Source: an uncultured Clostridia bacterium | Lineage (GTDB): Bacteria; Bacillota; Clostridia; TANB77; CAG-508 | DNA length: 64,000 bases | Reading direction: 5' to 3' | NCBI GenBank assembly: GCA_947624195.1 | Contig: CANQJH010000001.1 | Coordinates: forward strand, 49,233-113,232 | Part shown: positions 1 to 9,783 of the stretch, piece after piece | Position numbering within the stretch: the stretch's first letter is position 1 | How the letters are laid out: the number at the start of each line of letters is the position of its first letter | The notes under the pieces: generated by a model | What the model was told of the DNA's origin: nothing | Databases searched by the model: none | What the model saw: the letters and a program-made list of their open reading frames with translations, nothing else | Program-made: the position numbers and the translations under genes

Positions 1-90
1 ATTAAATATAAGTAATGCAGAAGAATTGGAACAAACAATTAAATTTGTGAAAGGTATAGAGTAATTTATAAAGCAGAAGGGAGAATAATT

Positions 91-825
91 ATGAGTAAAG
101 TTGCATTAATCACAGGAGCTTCAAGAGGAATAGGAAAACAAATTGCTATAACTCTTGCTAAAGAAGGATTTGACATAGCTGTAAATTATAGAAGCGAAAA
201 TAGCGAATTACAAGAACTAGAAAGAGAAATTAAATCTCACAATGTAGAGTTTATAGCTGTGAAAGGAGATGTGTCAGTATTTGAAGATACTGAAAAAATA
301 GTAAAAGAGGTAATAGACAAATTTGGAAAAATAGATGTATTAGTAAATAATGCAGGAATTACAAAAGATACACTATTAATGAGGATGAAAAAAGAAGATT
401 TTGAAAGCGTAATTGATGTCAATTTAATTGGAACTTTCAACGTTACTAAAAATGTAATTCCTTATATGATGAAAGCTCGCTCAGGTAGAATAATAAATAT
501 ATCGTCAGTTGTAGGCATTGCCGGAAATGCCGGACAGACAAACTATGCTGCTTCTAAAGCAGGAATTATAGGATTTACCAAAAGTTTAGCAAAAGAAGTT
601 GGCTCAAGAAACATATTAGTAAACGCAGTGGCACCAGGATTTATCCAAACAGATATGACAGCAGTTTTAAAAGATGAAGTAAAAGAAAAAATAGCAGAGT
701 CAATCCCACTAAATAGGATGGGAACAGTAGAAGATGTTGCCAATGTAGTAAAATTTTTGGCATCAGAAGAAAGTTCATATATTACTGGTCAAGTTATTCA
801 CATAGACGGTGGGATGCTAATGTAA
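91..825 (+). CDS. fabG: 3-oxoacyl-ACP reductase
   Basis: N-terminal TGASRGIG Rossmann motif, a catalytic S...YxxxK arrangement and a GGM tail, in a fab cluster. Confidence 0.9.
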   Translation: MSKVALITGASRGIGKQIAITLAKEGFDIAVNYRSENSELQELEREIKSHNVEFIAVKGDVSVFEDTEKIVKEVIDKFGKIDVLVNNAGITKDTLLMRMKKEDFESVIDVNLIGTFNVTKNVIPYMMKARSGRIINISSVVGIAGNAGQTNYAASKAGIIGFTKSLAKEVGSRNILVNAVAPGFIQTDMTAVLKDEVKEKIAESIPLNRMGTVEDVANVVKFLASEESSYITGQVIHIDGGMLM

Positions 826-973
826 TTAGCTATCTAAGATTTAATAATTTATAGGGTAAAGCATTGAAGTATATATGCTAATTAAAAAGGATTAGTCATC
901 GGCTAACTATGCTTCAAGGATTGACAAAGTAAATCTTTGAAGTGCGGAAGCGAAGAAAGGAAAATATATAAAA

Positions 974-2209
974 ATGGAAAAGAGAGTTGTAATAACAGGA
1001 TTGGGAGCAATAACTCCAATAGGAAATAATGTAGAAGAAACTTGGAAAGGCATAGAAGATAAAAAATGTGGAATTGATAAAATAACAGCATTTGATACAA
1101 CAGGATACAAAACCACTCTAGCAGCTGAAGTAAAAGATTTTGATCCACTAGATTATTTTGAACCAAAACAAGCCAAAAGACTAGATCGTTCATCACAATT
1201 TGCTATGATTAGTGCTAGAGAAGCTTTTAAAGACAGTGGCATTACAAAGGAAAACACAGATTTTGACAGAGTAGGTATTTTTGTAAGTTCAGGAATAGGT
1301 GGACTTATAACTATACAAAACCAATGTGAAATTAATTTTACAAAAGGTCACTCAAGAGTTTCACCAATGTTTATACCAATGTCAATAGCAAATATGCCTG
1401 CTGGAAATATTGCAATTGATTTAGGACTAAAAGGTGAATCTATGTCAATAGTAACAGCCTGTGCATCATCAACACAAGCAATTGGCGAGGGTTACAAAAC
1501 TATAAAATATGGATATGAAGATGTAGTACTTGCAGGAGGAACAGAAGCAGCAATATGTGAAATTGGTATAGCTGGATTCGAAAATATGAAAGCACTATCT
1601 CAAGCACAAGACAAAACAAGAGCAAGCATTCCATTTGACAAAGAAAGAAATGGATTTGTTATGGGAGAGGGTGCAGGAACAGTAATACTAGAAGAATTAG
1701 AACATGCTAAGAAAAGAGGAGCAAAGATATATGCTGAAATAATAGGATTTGGAGCAACATCTGACGCATACCATATAACTTCACCATCACCAGACGGAGA
1801 GGGTGGTGCAAAAGCAATAATAAGAGCAATGGAAGACGCCAAAATAAAACCAGAAGACATTGATTATATAAATGCACATGGAACATCAACACACTTAAAT
1901 GATTTAACAGAAACTTTAGCAATAAAAAGAGCTTTAGGAGAAGCTAGTAAAAAGGTAATGATAAGTTCAAGCAAAGGAAATATAGGACATTTGTTAGGTG
2001 CAGCAGGAGCAGTAGAAGCAGTTATTTGCTTAAAAGCAATTGAAAACAAGCTAGTTCCACCAACTATAAATTATAAAGTAAAAGACGAAGAATGTGATTT
2101 AGATGTAGTTCCTAACGAGCCAAGAAAAGCAAATATTAATGTTGTAATGTCAAACTCATTAGGATTTGGTGGACATAATTCAAGCATTATATTTAAAAGA
2201 TATGAATAA
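974..2209 (+). CDS. fabF: 3-oxoacyl-ACP synthase II
   Basis: Condensing-enzyme fold with active-site C in TACASS, an HGTST motif and NSLGFGGHN near the C-terminus. Confidence 0.9.
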   Translation: MEKRVVITGLGAITPIGNNVEETWKGIEDKKCGIDKITAFDTTGYKTTLAAEVKDFDPLDYFEPKQAKRLDRSSQFAMISAREAFKDSGITKENTDFDRVGIFVSSGIGGLITIQNQCEINFTKGHSRVSPMFIPMSIANMPAGNIAIDLGLKGESMSIVTACASSTQAIGEGYKTIKYGYEDVVLAGGTEAAICEIGIAGFENMKALSQAQDKTRASIPFDKERNGFVMGEGAGTVILEELEHAKKRGAKIYAEIIGFGATSDAYHITSPSPDGEGGAKAIIRAMEDAKIKPEDIDYINAHGTSTHLNDLTETLAIKRALGEASKKVMISSSKGNIGHLLGAAGAVEAVICLKAIENKLVPPTINYKVKDEECDLDVVPNEPRKANINVVMSNSLGFGGHNSSIIFKRYE

Positions 2210-2340
2210 TTTTACATAAATATAGAGCTTAAGGTATGAGATAATTTTAAATATTATAAATTTGTAAAGTAGACTATACAAAATATGATATGAGAATATT
2301 ATCTTAAATTAAGAAAAAGATTATACAAGGAGGTATAAAA

Positions 2341-2907
2341 ATGGAATACGAAAAAATAAAAAAGCTAATGGATGATATGGGAGATTCTAAACTAACATCT
2401 ATAGATATAGATTTTCCAGACGGAACAAAAATAAGTATGAAAAAAGAAAAACAAGTTGTTGTTGAAAAAGGTAATTTAGGTGAAGTTTATTATAATGTAG
2501 AGACAACTGATAGTAACAACTTAAAAAACGAAGGCTTTGATAGTAGCAACTTGCAAGATGAAGGACATTATAGCGACAGTTTGAAAACAGCAAATGCCAA
2601 TTATAATAGCAATATGAAAAATGCAAGCAGTTCAAATGTAGAATGTGAAAATGAACTGACTGAAGAAGATGATGGCAATATAGTAAAATCACCAATGGTT
2701 GGAACATTTTATATAAAACCATCTCCTGACGCTAAACCATATGTTGAGCTAGGTGATGAAGTAAATAAGGGAGATACTTTATGCATTATAGAAGCCATGA
2801 AATTGATGAATGACATACAATCAGAGTACACAGGGAAAATTACCAAAATATATGTGCAAGATGGAGAACCTGTTGAATATGGAACAAAGTTATTTAAAAT
2901 TGAGTAG
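2341..2907 (+). CDS. accB: acetyl-CoA carboxylase biotin carboxyl carrier protein
   Basis: EAMKLMN biotinyl-lysine motif in the C-terminal lipoyl-like domain; sits between fabF and fabZ. Confidence 0.85.
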   Translation: MEYEKIKKLMDDMGDSKLTSIDIDFPDGTKISMKKEKQVVVEKGNLGEVYYNVETTDSNNLKNEGFDSSNLQDEGHYSDSLKTANANYNSNMKNASSSNVECENELTEEDDGNIVKSPMVGTFYIKPSPDAKPYVELGDEVNKGDTLCIIEAMKLMNDIQSEYTGKITKIYVQDGEPVEYGTKLFKIE

Positions 2908-3032
2908 TTCAATTGAAATAAAACTTTAAACATAAAATTTTAATTTATAAATTGTAAAGTTGTAAATTAATAAATTTTGAAATTGAGAACTCAGAAAGGA
3001 GTAAATCGTATAACGTTATACGATAAATAAAT

Positions 3033-3455
3033 ATGTTAAATAAAGAAGAAATAAAAAGGATAATTCCACAAAGAGAACCATTTTTAATGATAGATGAAGT
3101 ACAGGAATATGTACCAGGAGAAAGCGCAATAGCATATAAAAATGTAGATGAAAATGAATGGTATTTTAAAGGACACTTTCCCGGCAATCCAATAATGCCA
3201 GGAGTATTGATATGTGAATCTTTAGCACAAACAGGTGCTGTGGCTATACTTTGTATGGAAGAAAATAAAGGCAAAAATGCTTTATTTGGTGGAATAGATA
3301 AGATGAAGTTCAAAAAAATGGTTGTGCCAGGAGATAGATTAAAATTAGAAGTAAAAATTATAAAGAGAAAAGGACCAGTTGGAGTAGGAGAAGCTGTAGC
3401 AAGTGTAGATGGTAAAATAGCAGCAAAAGGCGAATTGACATTTGCGTTAGTGTAA
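3033..3455 (+). CDS. fabZ: 3-hydroxyacyl-ACP dehydratase
   Basis: Hot-dog fold with HFPGNPIMPGVL motif. Confidence 0.9.
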   Translation: MLNKEEIKRIIPQREPFLMIDEVQEYVPGESAIAYKNVDENEWYFKGHFPGNPIMPGVLICESLAQTGAVAILCMEENKGKNALFGGIDKMKFKKMVVPGDRLKLEVKIIKRKGPVGVGEAVASVDGKIAAKGELTFALV

Positions 3456-3529
3456 ACTATAAACAGCAAATCGTGGAGTCAGATAATTTATTGAAGTATG
3501 GAATCAAGTAAAAGCGAAGAAAGGAGAAA

Positions 3530-4903
3530 ATGCTAGTACATAAGCTAGCATTGATTAGAAAAATGAACAAGATATTAATTGCAAATCGTGGAGAAATCGC
3601 AGTTCGTATAATTAGAGCCTGCAAAGAAATGAATATAAAAACAGTTGCAGTTTGTTCAGAAGTGGATAAAGATGCAATGCATACAAGACTTGCAGATGAA
3701 GCGGTTTGCATAGGACCTGCAGAATCAAGTAAGAGTTATCTAAATATAAAAAATATAATAGAAGCGGCATACATTACAGGAGCAGACACTATACATCCAG
3801 GGTTTGGCTTTTTGTCAGAAAACGCACAATTTGCAAAAAATTGTGAAGAATCAAATATCAAATTTATTGGTCCATCATCAAAAGTAATAGAACTTTTAGG
3901 AAATAAATCAAATGCAAAAGAAATATTGAAAAAAGCTGACATCCCAGTAATACCAGGCTCAGATGGAAGTATAAAAGGACTAAAAGAAGCAGAGAAGATA
4001 GCAGACAAAATCGGTTATCCAGTAATGTTAAAAGCAGCAGCAGGTGGTGGAGGAAAAGGAATAAGAATAGTCCATAGTAAAGAAGAGTTAGAAAACAATT
4101 ATAACATAGTAAAACAAGAAGCAAAAATTTCATTTAACGACGACGAGATTTACATTGAGAAATTTATAGAAAATCCAAGACATATTGAAATACAAATCTT
4201 AGCTGACGAATACGGAAATGTAATTCATTTAGGAGAAAGAGACTGTTCAATTCAAAGAAGACACCAAAAAATTATTGAGGAAACTCCATCAACAATTGTA
4301 GACGACAAATTAAGAAATAAAATGGGAGAAACAGCAATAAAGGTAGCAAAAACTTTTGGATATACAAATTGTGGAACTGTAGAATTTCTGGTAGATAAGA
4401 ATAAAAATTTTTACTTTATGGAAATGAATACAAGAATTCAAGTAGAACATCCAATCACGGAAATGCGTACAGGATTGGATATAGTAAAAGAACAAATTAA
4501 AATTTCAGCAGGTGAAAAATTAAAATTCAAACAAAAAGAAATAGAATTTAGAGGTCACGCAATTGAGTGCAGAATAAATGCAGAAAATGCAAACAATAAT
4601 TTTATGCCCTGCCCAGGAAAAATACAAGGACTAAATTTACCTGGAGGAAATGGCATAAGAGTAGATACAGCGGTTTATGAGGGCTATACAATTCCACCAA
4701 ACTATGATTCTATGATAGCAAAAATTATAGCATATGGAAATAATAGAAATGAAGCAATAAGCAAAATGAAAAGAGCATTGGAAGAATTAGTAATTGACGG
4801 AATTGAAACAAATGCAGACTTTTTATTTAAAATTATAAAAAGCCCTAATTATATAAGAGGAGATTTTGACACATCTTTTATAGAAAAAAACGGTGTAAAA
4901 TAA
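3530..4903 (+). CDS. accC: acetyl-CoA carboxylase biotin carboxylase subunit
   Basis: ATP-grasp with KILIANRGEIAVRI and glycine-rich loop; true start may be the internal Met at 3563. Confidence 0.9.
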   Translation: MLVHKLALIRKMNKILIANRGEIAVRIIRACKEMNIKTVAVCSEVDKDAMHTRLADEAVCIGPAESSKSYLNIKNIIEAAYITGADTIHPGFGFLSENAQFAKNCEESNIKFIGPSSKVIELLGNKSNAKEILKKADIPVIPGSDGSIKGLKEAEKIADKIGYPVMLKAAAGGGGKGIRIVHSKEELENNYNIVKQEAKISFNDDEIYIEKFIENPRHIEIQILADEYGNVIHLGERDCSIQRRHQKIIEETPSTIVDDKLRNKMGETAIKVAKTFGYTNCGTVEFLVDKNKNFYFMEMNTRIQVEHPITEMRTGLDIVKEQIKISAGEKLKFKQKEIEFRGHAIECRINAENANNNFMPCPGKIQGLNLPGGNGIRVDTAVYEGYTIPPNYDSMIAKIIAYGNNRNEAISKMKRALEELVIDGIETNADFLFKIIKSPNYIRGDFDTSFIEKNGVK

Positions 4904-5039
4904 TCAATGAAAAGTGAATTACGAAAAAGTAATCAAACATAAAAACAGTATAAGAAAAGCAAGTAAAAAAGTAATCTGAATAAAACTAGTAAAACAAATT
5001 TCGAAAAGGCAATTAAAAAATTAAAGTGAGGAACAAATA

Positions 5040-5882
5040 ATGATTGTAGACAAGATTAAAAAGAGAGAGCCATCAGCCAAAAATAAAAAAGCGAATATTG
5101 ATATACCAGTTGGCAAATGGATAAAATGCGAAAAATGCAACGAGATAATATATAAAGACACCATAAAAGAAAATTTGAGTATATGTCCAAATTGCGGACA
5201 TTACTTTAGAATGCACATTAATAAAAGGCTAGAAACAATTATAGATGATGGCACATATAAAAGATTTGATTTTGATATAGAAACAACCAATCCACTAAAA
5301 TTAGAAGACTATCCTAAAAAATTAGAAACTTTAAGAGAAAAAACAAGTTTAAAAGAAGCAGTTGCGTGTGGAACAGGTAAAATCAATGGTCAAGAAGTAG
5401 TCATATGTATAATGGACAGCGGATTTTTAATGGGAAGTATGGGAATTGTAGTTGGAGAAAAAATTACGTATAGTATAGAACAAGCAATCAAATTAAAACT
5501 ACCACTTATTATTTTTTCCGTATCAGGCGGAGCAAGGATGCAAGAAGGTATAATATCATTAATGCAAATGGCAAAGACAACAGCAGCACTTACTAAGCTA
5601 GATGAAGCAGGGCTACTATATATATCAGTTTTAACAGACCCAACTTATGGAGGAGTAACTGCATCATTTGCAAGTTTAGGAGATATAATCTTAGCCGAGC
5701 CAGGTGCTATGATAGGATTTGCAGGACAAAGAGTAATTGAACAAACAATTGGCGAAAAATTACCAGAGGGATTTCAAACAGCAGAATTTTTGCTAGAACA
5801 TGGTTTTATAGACAAGATAGTTGAAAGAAAAGATTTAAAAGACACTCTTTATAAATTAATACTTTTGAATAGCAAAAGTTAA
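5040..5882 (+). CDS. accD: acetyl-CoA carboxylase carboxyltransferase beta subunit
   Basis: N-terminal Cys4 zinc ribbon (CEKCNEI...CPNCGH) followed by a carboxyltransferase domain. Confidence 0.9.
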   Translation: MIVDKIKKREPSAKNKKANIDIPVGKWIKCEKCNEIIYKDTIKENLSICPNCGHYFRMHINKRLETIIDDGTYKRFDFDIETTNPLKLEDYPKKLETLREKTSLKEAVACGTGKINGQEVVICIMDSGFLMGSMGIVVGEKITYSIEQAIKLKLPLIIFSVSGGARMQEGIISLMQMAKTTAALTKLDEAGLLYISVLTDPTYGGVTASFASLGDIILAEPGAMIGFAGQRVIEQTIGEKLPEGFQTAEFLLEHGFIDKIVERKDLKDTLYKLILLNSKS

Positions 5883-6014
5883 GAAACAAAGATTTAATTG
5901 ATAATTAGCAAATTTAATTAACCTTAAATGTTAGAACTGAGTAAGAGGCTATTTATAAGCTTATAACAGGAGAGAACTAGAATAAATTAATTAAAGGAGG
6001 AGTGATAAATAAAA

Positions 6015-6824
6015 ATGAAAACAACAGCATGGGAAAAAGTCGAAATAGCTAGAAATACTAAAAGAAAAACGGCACTGGACTATATAGATGAAATATTTGA
6101 CGAATTCATAGAATTGCATGGAGATAGAAATTTTAAAGACGATAAAGCAATAGTATGTGGACTTGCAAGGATAGGAAAACAAAATTTCACAATTATAGCA
6201 GAGCAAAAAGGCAGAACAACTAAGGAAAATATTGAAAGAAATTTTGGTATGCCAAATCCAGAAAGTTATAGAAAAGCAATAAGGTTTATGAAACAAGCAG
6301 AAAAATTTAATAGACCAGTAATAACATTTATTGACACAAAAGGAGCTTATCCAGGAATTGGAGCAGAAGAAAGAGGACAAGGAGAAGCAATTGCAAAATC
6401 AATGTTTGAAATGGCTAAATTAAAGGCCCCAACAATAGCAATCGTAATAGGAGAAGGCTCAAGTGGAGGAGCTTTAGCAATTGGAGTAGCAAATAAAGTA
6501 TTAATGCTAGAAAATGCAATCTATTCTATATTATCGCCAGAGGGATTTAGCAGTATTTTGTGGAAAGACTCATCAAGATACAAAGAAGCTGCAGAAAAAA
6601 TGAGATTAACAGCAAAAGATTTAAAGGATTTAAAAGTAATAGATAAAATAATAAAAGAGCCAAGCGGAGATGTAGAGGAAAGCTTTAAAGCAGTATCAGA
6701 AAGCCTAAAAAAAGAAATAAAAACAAGCATTTCTAAACTAAAAGAAAAATCAGAGCAAGAAATCGTAGAAGATAGATATACAAAGTTTAGAAACATGGGA
6801 GAATTCGAGGTTATAAACGGATAA
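6015..6824 (+). CDS. accA: acetyl-CoA carboxylase carboxyltransferase alpha subunit
   Basis: Carboxyltransferase alpha motifs (FIDTKGAYPG, GEGSSGGALAIG); lies directly downstream of accD. Confidence 0.9.
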   Translation: MKTTAWEKVEIARNTKRKTALDYIDEIFDEFIELHGDRNFKDDKAIVCGLARIGKQNFTIIAEQKGRTTKENIERNFGMPNPESYRKAIRFMKQAEKFNRPVITFIDTKGAYPGIGAEERGQGEAIAKSMFEMAKLKAPTIAIVIGEGSSGGALAIGVANKVLMLENAIYSILSPEGFSSILWKDSSRYKEAAEKMRLTAKDLKDLKVIDKIIKEPSGDVEESFKAVSESLKKEIKTSISKLKEKSEQEIVEDRYTKFRNMGEFEVING

Positions 6825-6926
6825 TGCAGCTATACAAAAAATACTAGAGGATTATACAAAGTTCAAAAATATTAAATAAAAAAAGAAAGGAGAAAATGGT
6901 ATATAAATGTACCATGTAATTGAAAA

Positions 6927-7700
6927 ATGCTATTAAAAGATAAAAAAATATTAATAATGGGTATAAGAAATAAATGGAGCATAGCTTATGGAATAGCAAA
7001 ATCAGCATATGAAAATGGAGCAAAATTAATATTTACGTATATGGGAGAAGACAATAAAGAAAAAATAGAAGAATTAATAAAAGATTTTGAGGGAAGTAAA
7101 GCATATGTATTAGACGACGCAGCAGAAGATGATTTGGTTTCTGAAGTGTTTACAAAAATAAAAAATGAAAATGGCAAAGTTGATGGAATAGTACATGCAA
7201 TAGCACACGCAAATACAGAAGATTTGCACAATGATTTCATATATACTTCAAAAGAGGGATTTAGCCATGCAAACGATGTAAGTGCTTATTCATTTGTGCT
7301 AGTTGCAAGAATGGCAAAAGAGTTAGATATGTTAAATGAAAATGCAAGTTTAGTAACCCTAACTTATTATGGATCAACCAAAGTGCTAGAGGGATATAAC
7401 ATAATGGGAATTGCAAAAGCAGCACTAGAATCAAGTGTAAGATATTTAGCAGAAAACCTTGGAAAACAGGGGGTAAGAGTAAATGCAATTTCAGCAGGCC
7501 CAATAAAAACATTATCAGCAAAGGGAATAAAAGATTTTAGCAAGATTTTAACCATTGTGGAAGAAAAAGCACCATTACACAGAAACGTAACAATAGAACA
7601 AGTTGGAAATGTATCTACATTTTTGTTAAGTAACATGTCAGAAGCGATAACAGGACAAGTAATATACGCTGATAGTGGTTACAATATTATGGGAATTTAA
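6927..7700 (+). CDS. fabI: enoyl-ACP reductase (NADH)
   Basis: FabI-type short-chain dehydrogenase with IAYGIAK and GPIKTLSA motifs. Confidence 0.85.
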   Translation: MLLKDKKILIMGIRNKWSIAYGIAKSAYENGAKLIFTYMGEDNKEKIEELIKDFEGSKAYVLDDAAEDDLVSEVFTKIKNENGKVDGIVHAIAHANTEDLHNDFIYTSKEGFSHANDVSAYSFVLVARMAKELDMLNENASLVTLTYYGSTKVLEGYNIMGIAKAALESSVRYLAENLGKQGVRVNAISAGPIKTLSAKGIKDFSKILTIVEEKAPLHRNVTIEQVGNVSTFLLSNMSEAITGQVIYADSGYNIMGI

Positions 7701-7739
7701 GCATATAGACTTTTTATAAGGCAAAGAATATTCAATATT

Positions 7740-7840
7740 ACCGTGGTAAGAGTGATGTGAGGAACATTGATAGATTTCCAGAATATTATTTTGAAAAAAT
7801 CTATAAGAAGTGGAAAGCTGATAGAATTTAAAAATAAACT
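7740..7840 (+). repeat. diverged copy of the 3' end of the 144-aa gene at 11297..11731
   Basis: About 95 bp homologous to 11635..11731, including the near-identical run encoding KKS(I/V)RSGKLIEFKNK. Confidence 0.6.
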
Positions 7841-7871
7841 TAGTACAACTTTCAAGAAAGTTGTATATAAA

Positions 7872-7900
7872 ATGTCGTTAAGTAATGTACTTAACGACAT
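7872..7900 (+). terminator. palindromic hairpin followed by a T-rich run
   Basis: atgtcgttaagta-atg-tacttaacgacat followed by ttttatata; a related hairpin occurs at 9571..9598. Confidence 0.4.
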
Positions 7901-8033
7901 TTTATATACGTATTTTATACTAAAAAATAAACAAAATCAAGATATAAAAAAATTTTTTTATATAAATAAAATTTAAAATATAAAAAGTTCGCAAAGTGTT
8001 GATTTTAAAAGCTAATCTCCGAAAAATAAATTA

Positions 8034-8056
8034 TCATTAAGTACATTACTTAATGA
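8034..8056 (+). promoter_or_regulatory. perfect inverted repeat (10-bp arms, 3-bp spacer) 27 nt upstream of the start codon
   Basis: tcattaagta-cat-tacttaatga; the same arms recur at 9731..9753 upstream of the paralog. Confidence 0.5.
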
Positions 8057-8082
8057 TAAAAATTTGAGAGGAGCAAAAGATA

Positions 8083-9399
8083 ATGAAAAACAAAGGAATA
8101 ACACTAGTTGCGCTAGTAGTAACAATAGTAATTATGTTAATTTTGGCAGGGGTAACATTGAGATTAGCTTTAGGGGAAAATGGATTGTTTAATATATCAA
8201 AACAATCAGTTGAAAAGTATGAGGAATCAGTCCAAAACGAAGAAGAAGAATTAGATGAATTACTAGAAGAATTAAAGCATATAATGCCAGAAGAGGCAGG
8301 AAAAGAGGTAGAAGTACCAAAAGCAGAGAAAGATAAGTGGGATTTAACAAAAGTAACACCAACAGCAGACGGAAAAGGAAATACAATACCAGTACCAAAA
8401 AATTTTTATTATGTAGGAGGAGATAAAGACTCAGGATTTGTAATATCAAGTGTAAGTGGAGATGATCTAAACAATAGTAAAAAAGGTAATGAATTTGTAT
8501 GGGTACCAGTAAAAGTTATAAATGATATGGTAATGTGTAAGGAACATACAACAGCTACAATTACTTTTGATGGAGTAAATTTTTCTTGTGATGGAAATGG
8601 ACACCCACATACACCGAACAAAGAATACTTGGTAGGACAACTTTATACTCCGACTACGGATAATGGATTTACTGCAGGAATACCATATACAGAATATAAT
8701 GAAAACATAATAAGGGAACCAGGATTGACAACAGTGGATACAGATGAAAATTTATCTAATTTTTTACAGACTACATCAAATGAATTTTTACAGGAGTTAC
8801 AAGAAGAATTTTATAAAATGGCAAAAAGTGTAGCAAAATATGGAGGATTTTATATAGGCAGATATGAAACATCAGGTTTAAATGACGGCGAGGAACCAAA
8901 AGTACAATCGGGACTAGTACCAACGGGAAACATTAACTGGTATACAATCTACAAAAATAGTAAAAAAATAGCCCAAGAAGGTTCAAATGTAACAAGTAGT
9001 ATGATATGGGGAAGTCAATGGGACTATGTACTAAATTGGATGCAAGACATAGAAAATCCAACATTGACAGAAGAAAAGAAATATTACATTATGGACAGTA
9101 GAGGAATGGGTTGGTATTATGGAGAAACAGGAAACAATGAGCATAAAACAGGAATAGATTTGATAAAGGACGGAAAAGTAACCAATAAAGAAAAAAATAT
9201 TTATGATTTTGCAGGAAATTTTGAGGAATTAAATATGGCTTGCTCGGGCGGTACAGTACGTGCTTTACGTGGAGGATCTTATAAGCTGGAGGGAAATGTT
9301 CGTCCTGCTTGTAACCTTCGACTGGTAAGACCTGACGCTATATATGAGTGGGTTAGTAGTCGAGTTACACTTTGTATAAACTTGAATCCGGGGGAGTAA
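8083..9399 (+). CDS. pilin-like-anchored surface protein with a C-terminal FGE-sulfatase/C-type-lectin-like domain; candidate DGR target 1
   Basis: N-terminus KGITLVALVVTIVIMLILAGV resembles a type IV prepilin signal but lacks F+1 and E+5; a coiled-coil stalk follows. The C-terminal motifs IYDFAGNFEE, RGGSY and RLVR match the FGE-sulfatase fold. The 3' end is GC-rich and A-depleted. Confidence 0.8.
   Translation: MKNKGITLVALVVTIVIMLILAGVTLRLALGENGLFNISKQSVEKYEESVQNEEEELDELLEELKHIMPEEAGKEVEVPKAEKDKWDLTKVTPTADGKGNTIPVPKNFYYVGGDKDSGFVISSVSGDDLNNSKKGNEFVWVPVKVINDMVMCKEHTTATITFDGVNFSCDGNGHPHTPNKEYLVGQLYTPTTDNGFTAGIPYTEYNENIIREPGLTTVDTDENLSNFLQTTSNEFLQELQEEFYKMAKSVAKYGGFYIGRYETSGLNDGEEPKVQSGLVPTGNINWYTIYKNSKKIAQEGSNVTSSMIWGSQWDYVLNWMQDIENPTLTEEKKYYIMDSRGMGWYYGETGNNEHKTGIDLIKDGKVTNKEKNIYDFAGNFEELNMACSGGTVRALRGGSYKLEGNVRPACNLRLVRPDAIYEWVSSRVTLCINLNPGE
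9235..9396 (+). other. putative DGR variable-region-like patch in target 1
   Basis: Local GC far above the window background, depleted in A, with rare codons (TCG, GGC, CGT, CGA); coincides with the last beta-strands of the lectin-like fold. Confidence 0.45.
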
Positions 9400-9426
9400 C
9401 TTGATAGGTTCAAACTTATTTTTAAA

Positions 9427-9452
9427 CCAGAGCAGTTAGAGAGCTGCTCTGG
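9427..9452 (+). other. GC-stem hairpin just downstream of target 1, with no U-tract
   Basis: ccagagcagttagagagctgctctgg followed by gttgttgatg; positioned like a DGR VR-flanking hairpin rather than an intrinsic terminator. Confidence 0.45.
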
Positions 9453-9566
9453 TTGTTGATGATACAGTCAAATGAAAAAATATAAACGGAATAAAAGAAT
9501 TTCAATTATAGGAGAAATATTAGATAAAATAAATAATATTATAAAAAAATAAATTAAAAATTGTTA

Positions 9567-9783
9567 AATTGTCGTTAAGTAATATACTTGACGATATATT
9601 CATATATGTATTTTATACTAAAAAATAAACAAAATCAACACTTTATATAATTTTCTTTTTGAAATAAAATTGAAAATATAAAAAATCTGTAAAGTGTTGA
9701 TCCTCAAGACTAATCTCCACAAATAAATTATCATTAAGTATATTACTTAATGATAAAAATAAAAAATTGGAGAGGTGCGGAAG
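9567..9783 (+). repeat. duplicated 5' regulatory region (copy 2), including the operator-like palindrome at 9731..9753
   Basis: Homologous to 7870..8082; contains tcattaagta-tat-tacttaatga. Confidence 0.7.

Larger units (their letters stand above)
7870..8082 (+). repeat. 5' regulatory region of target gene 1, duplicated upstream of target gene 2
   Basis: About 215 bp, roughly 80% identical to 9567..9783, sharing a hairpin, an AT-rich promoter-like stretch and an operator-like palindrome. Confidence 0.7.
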
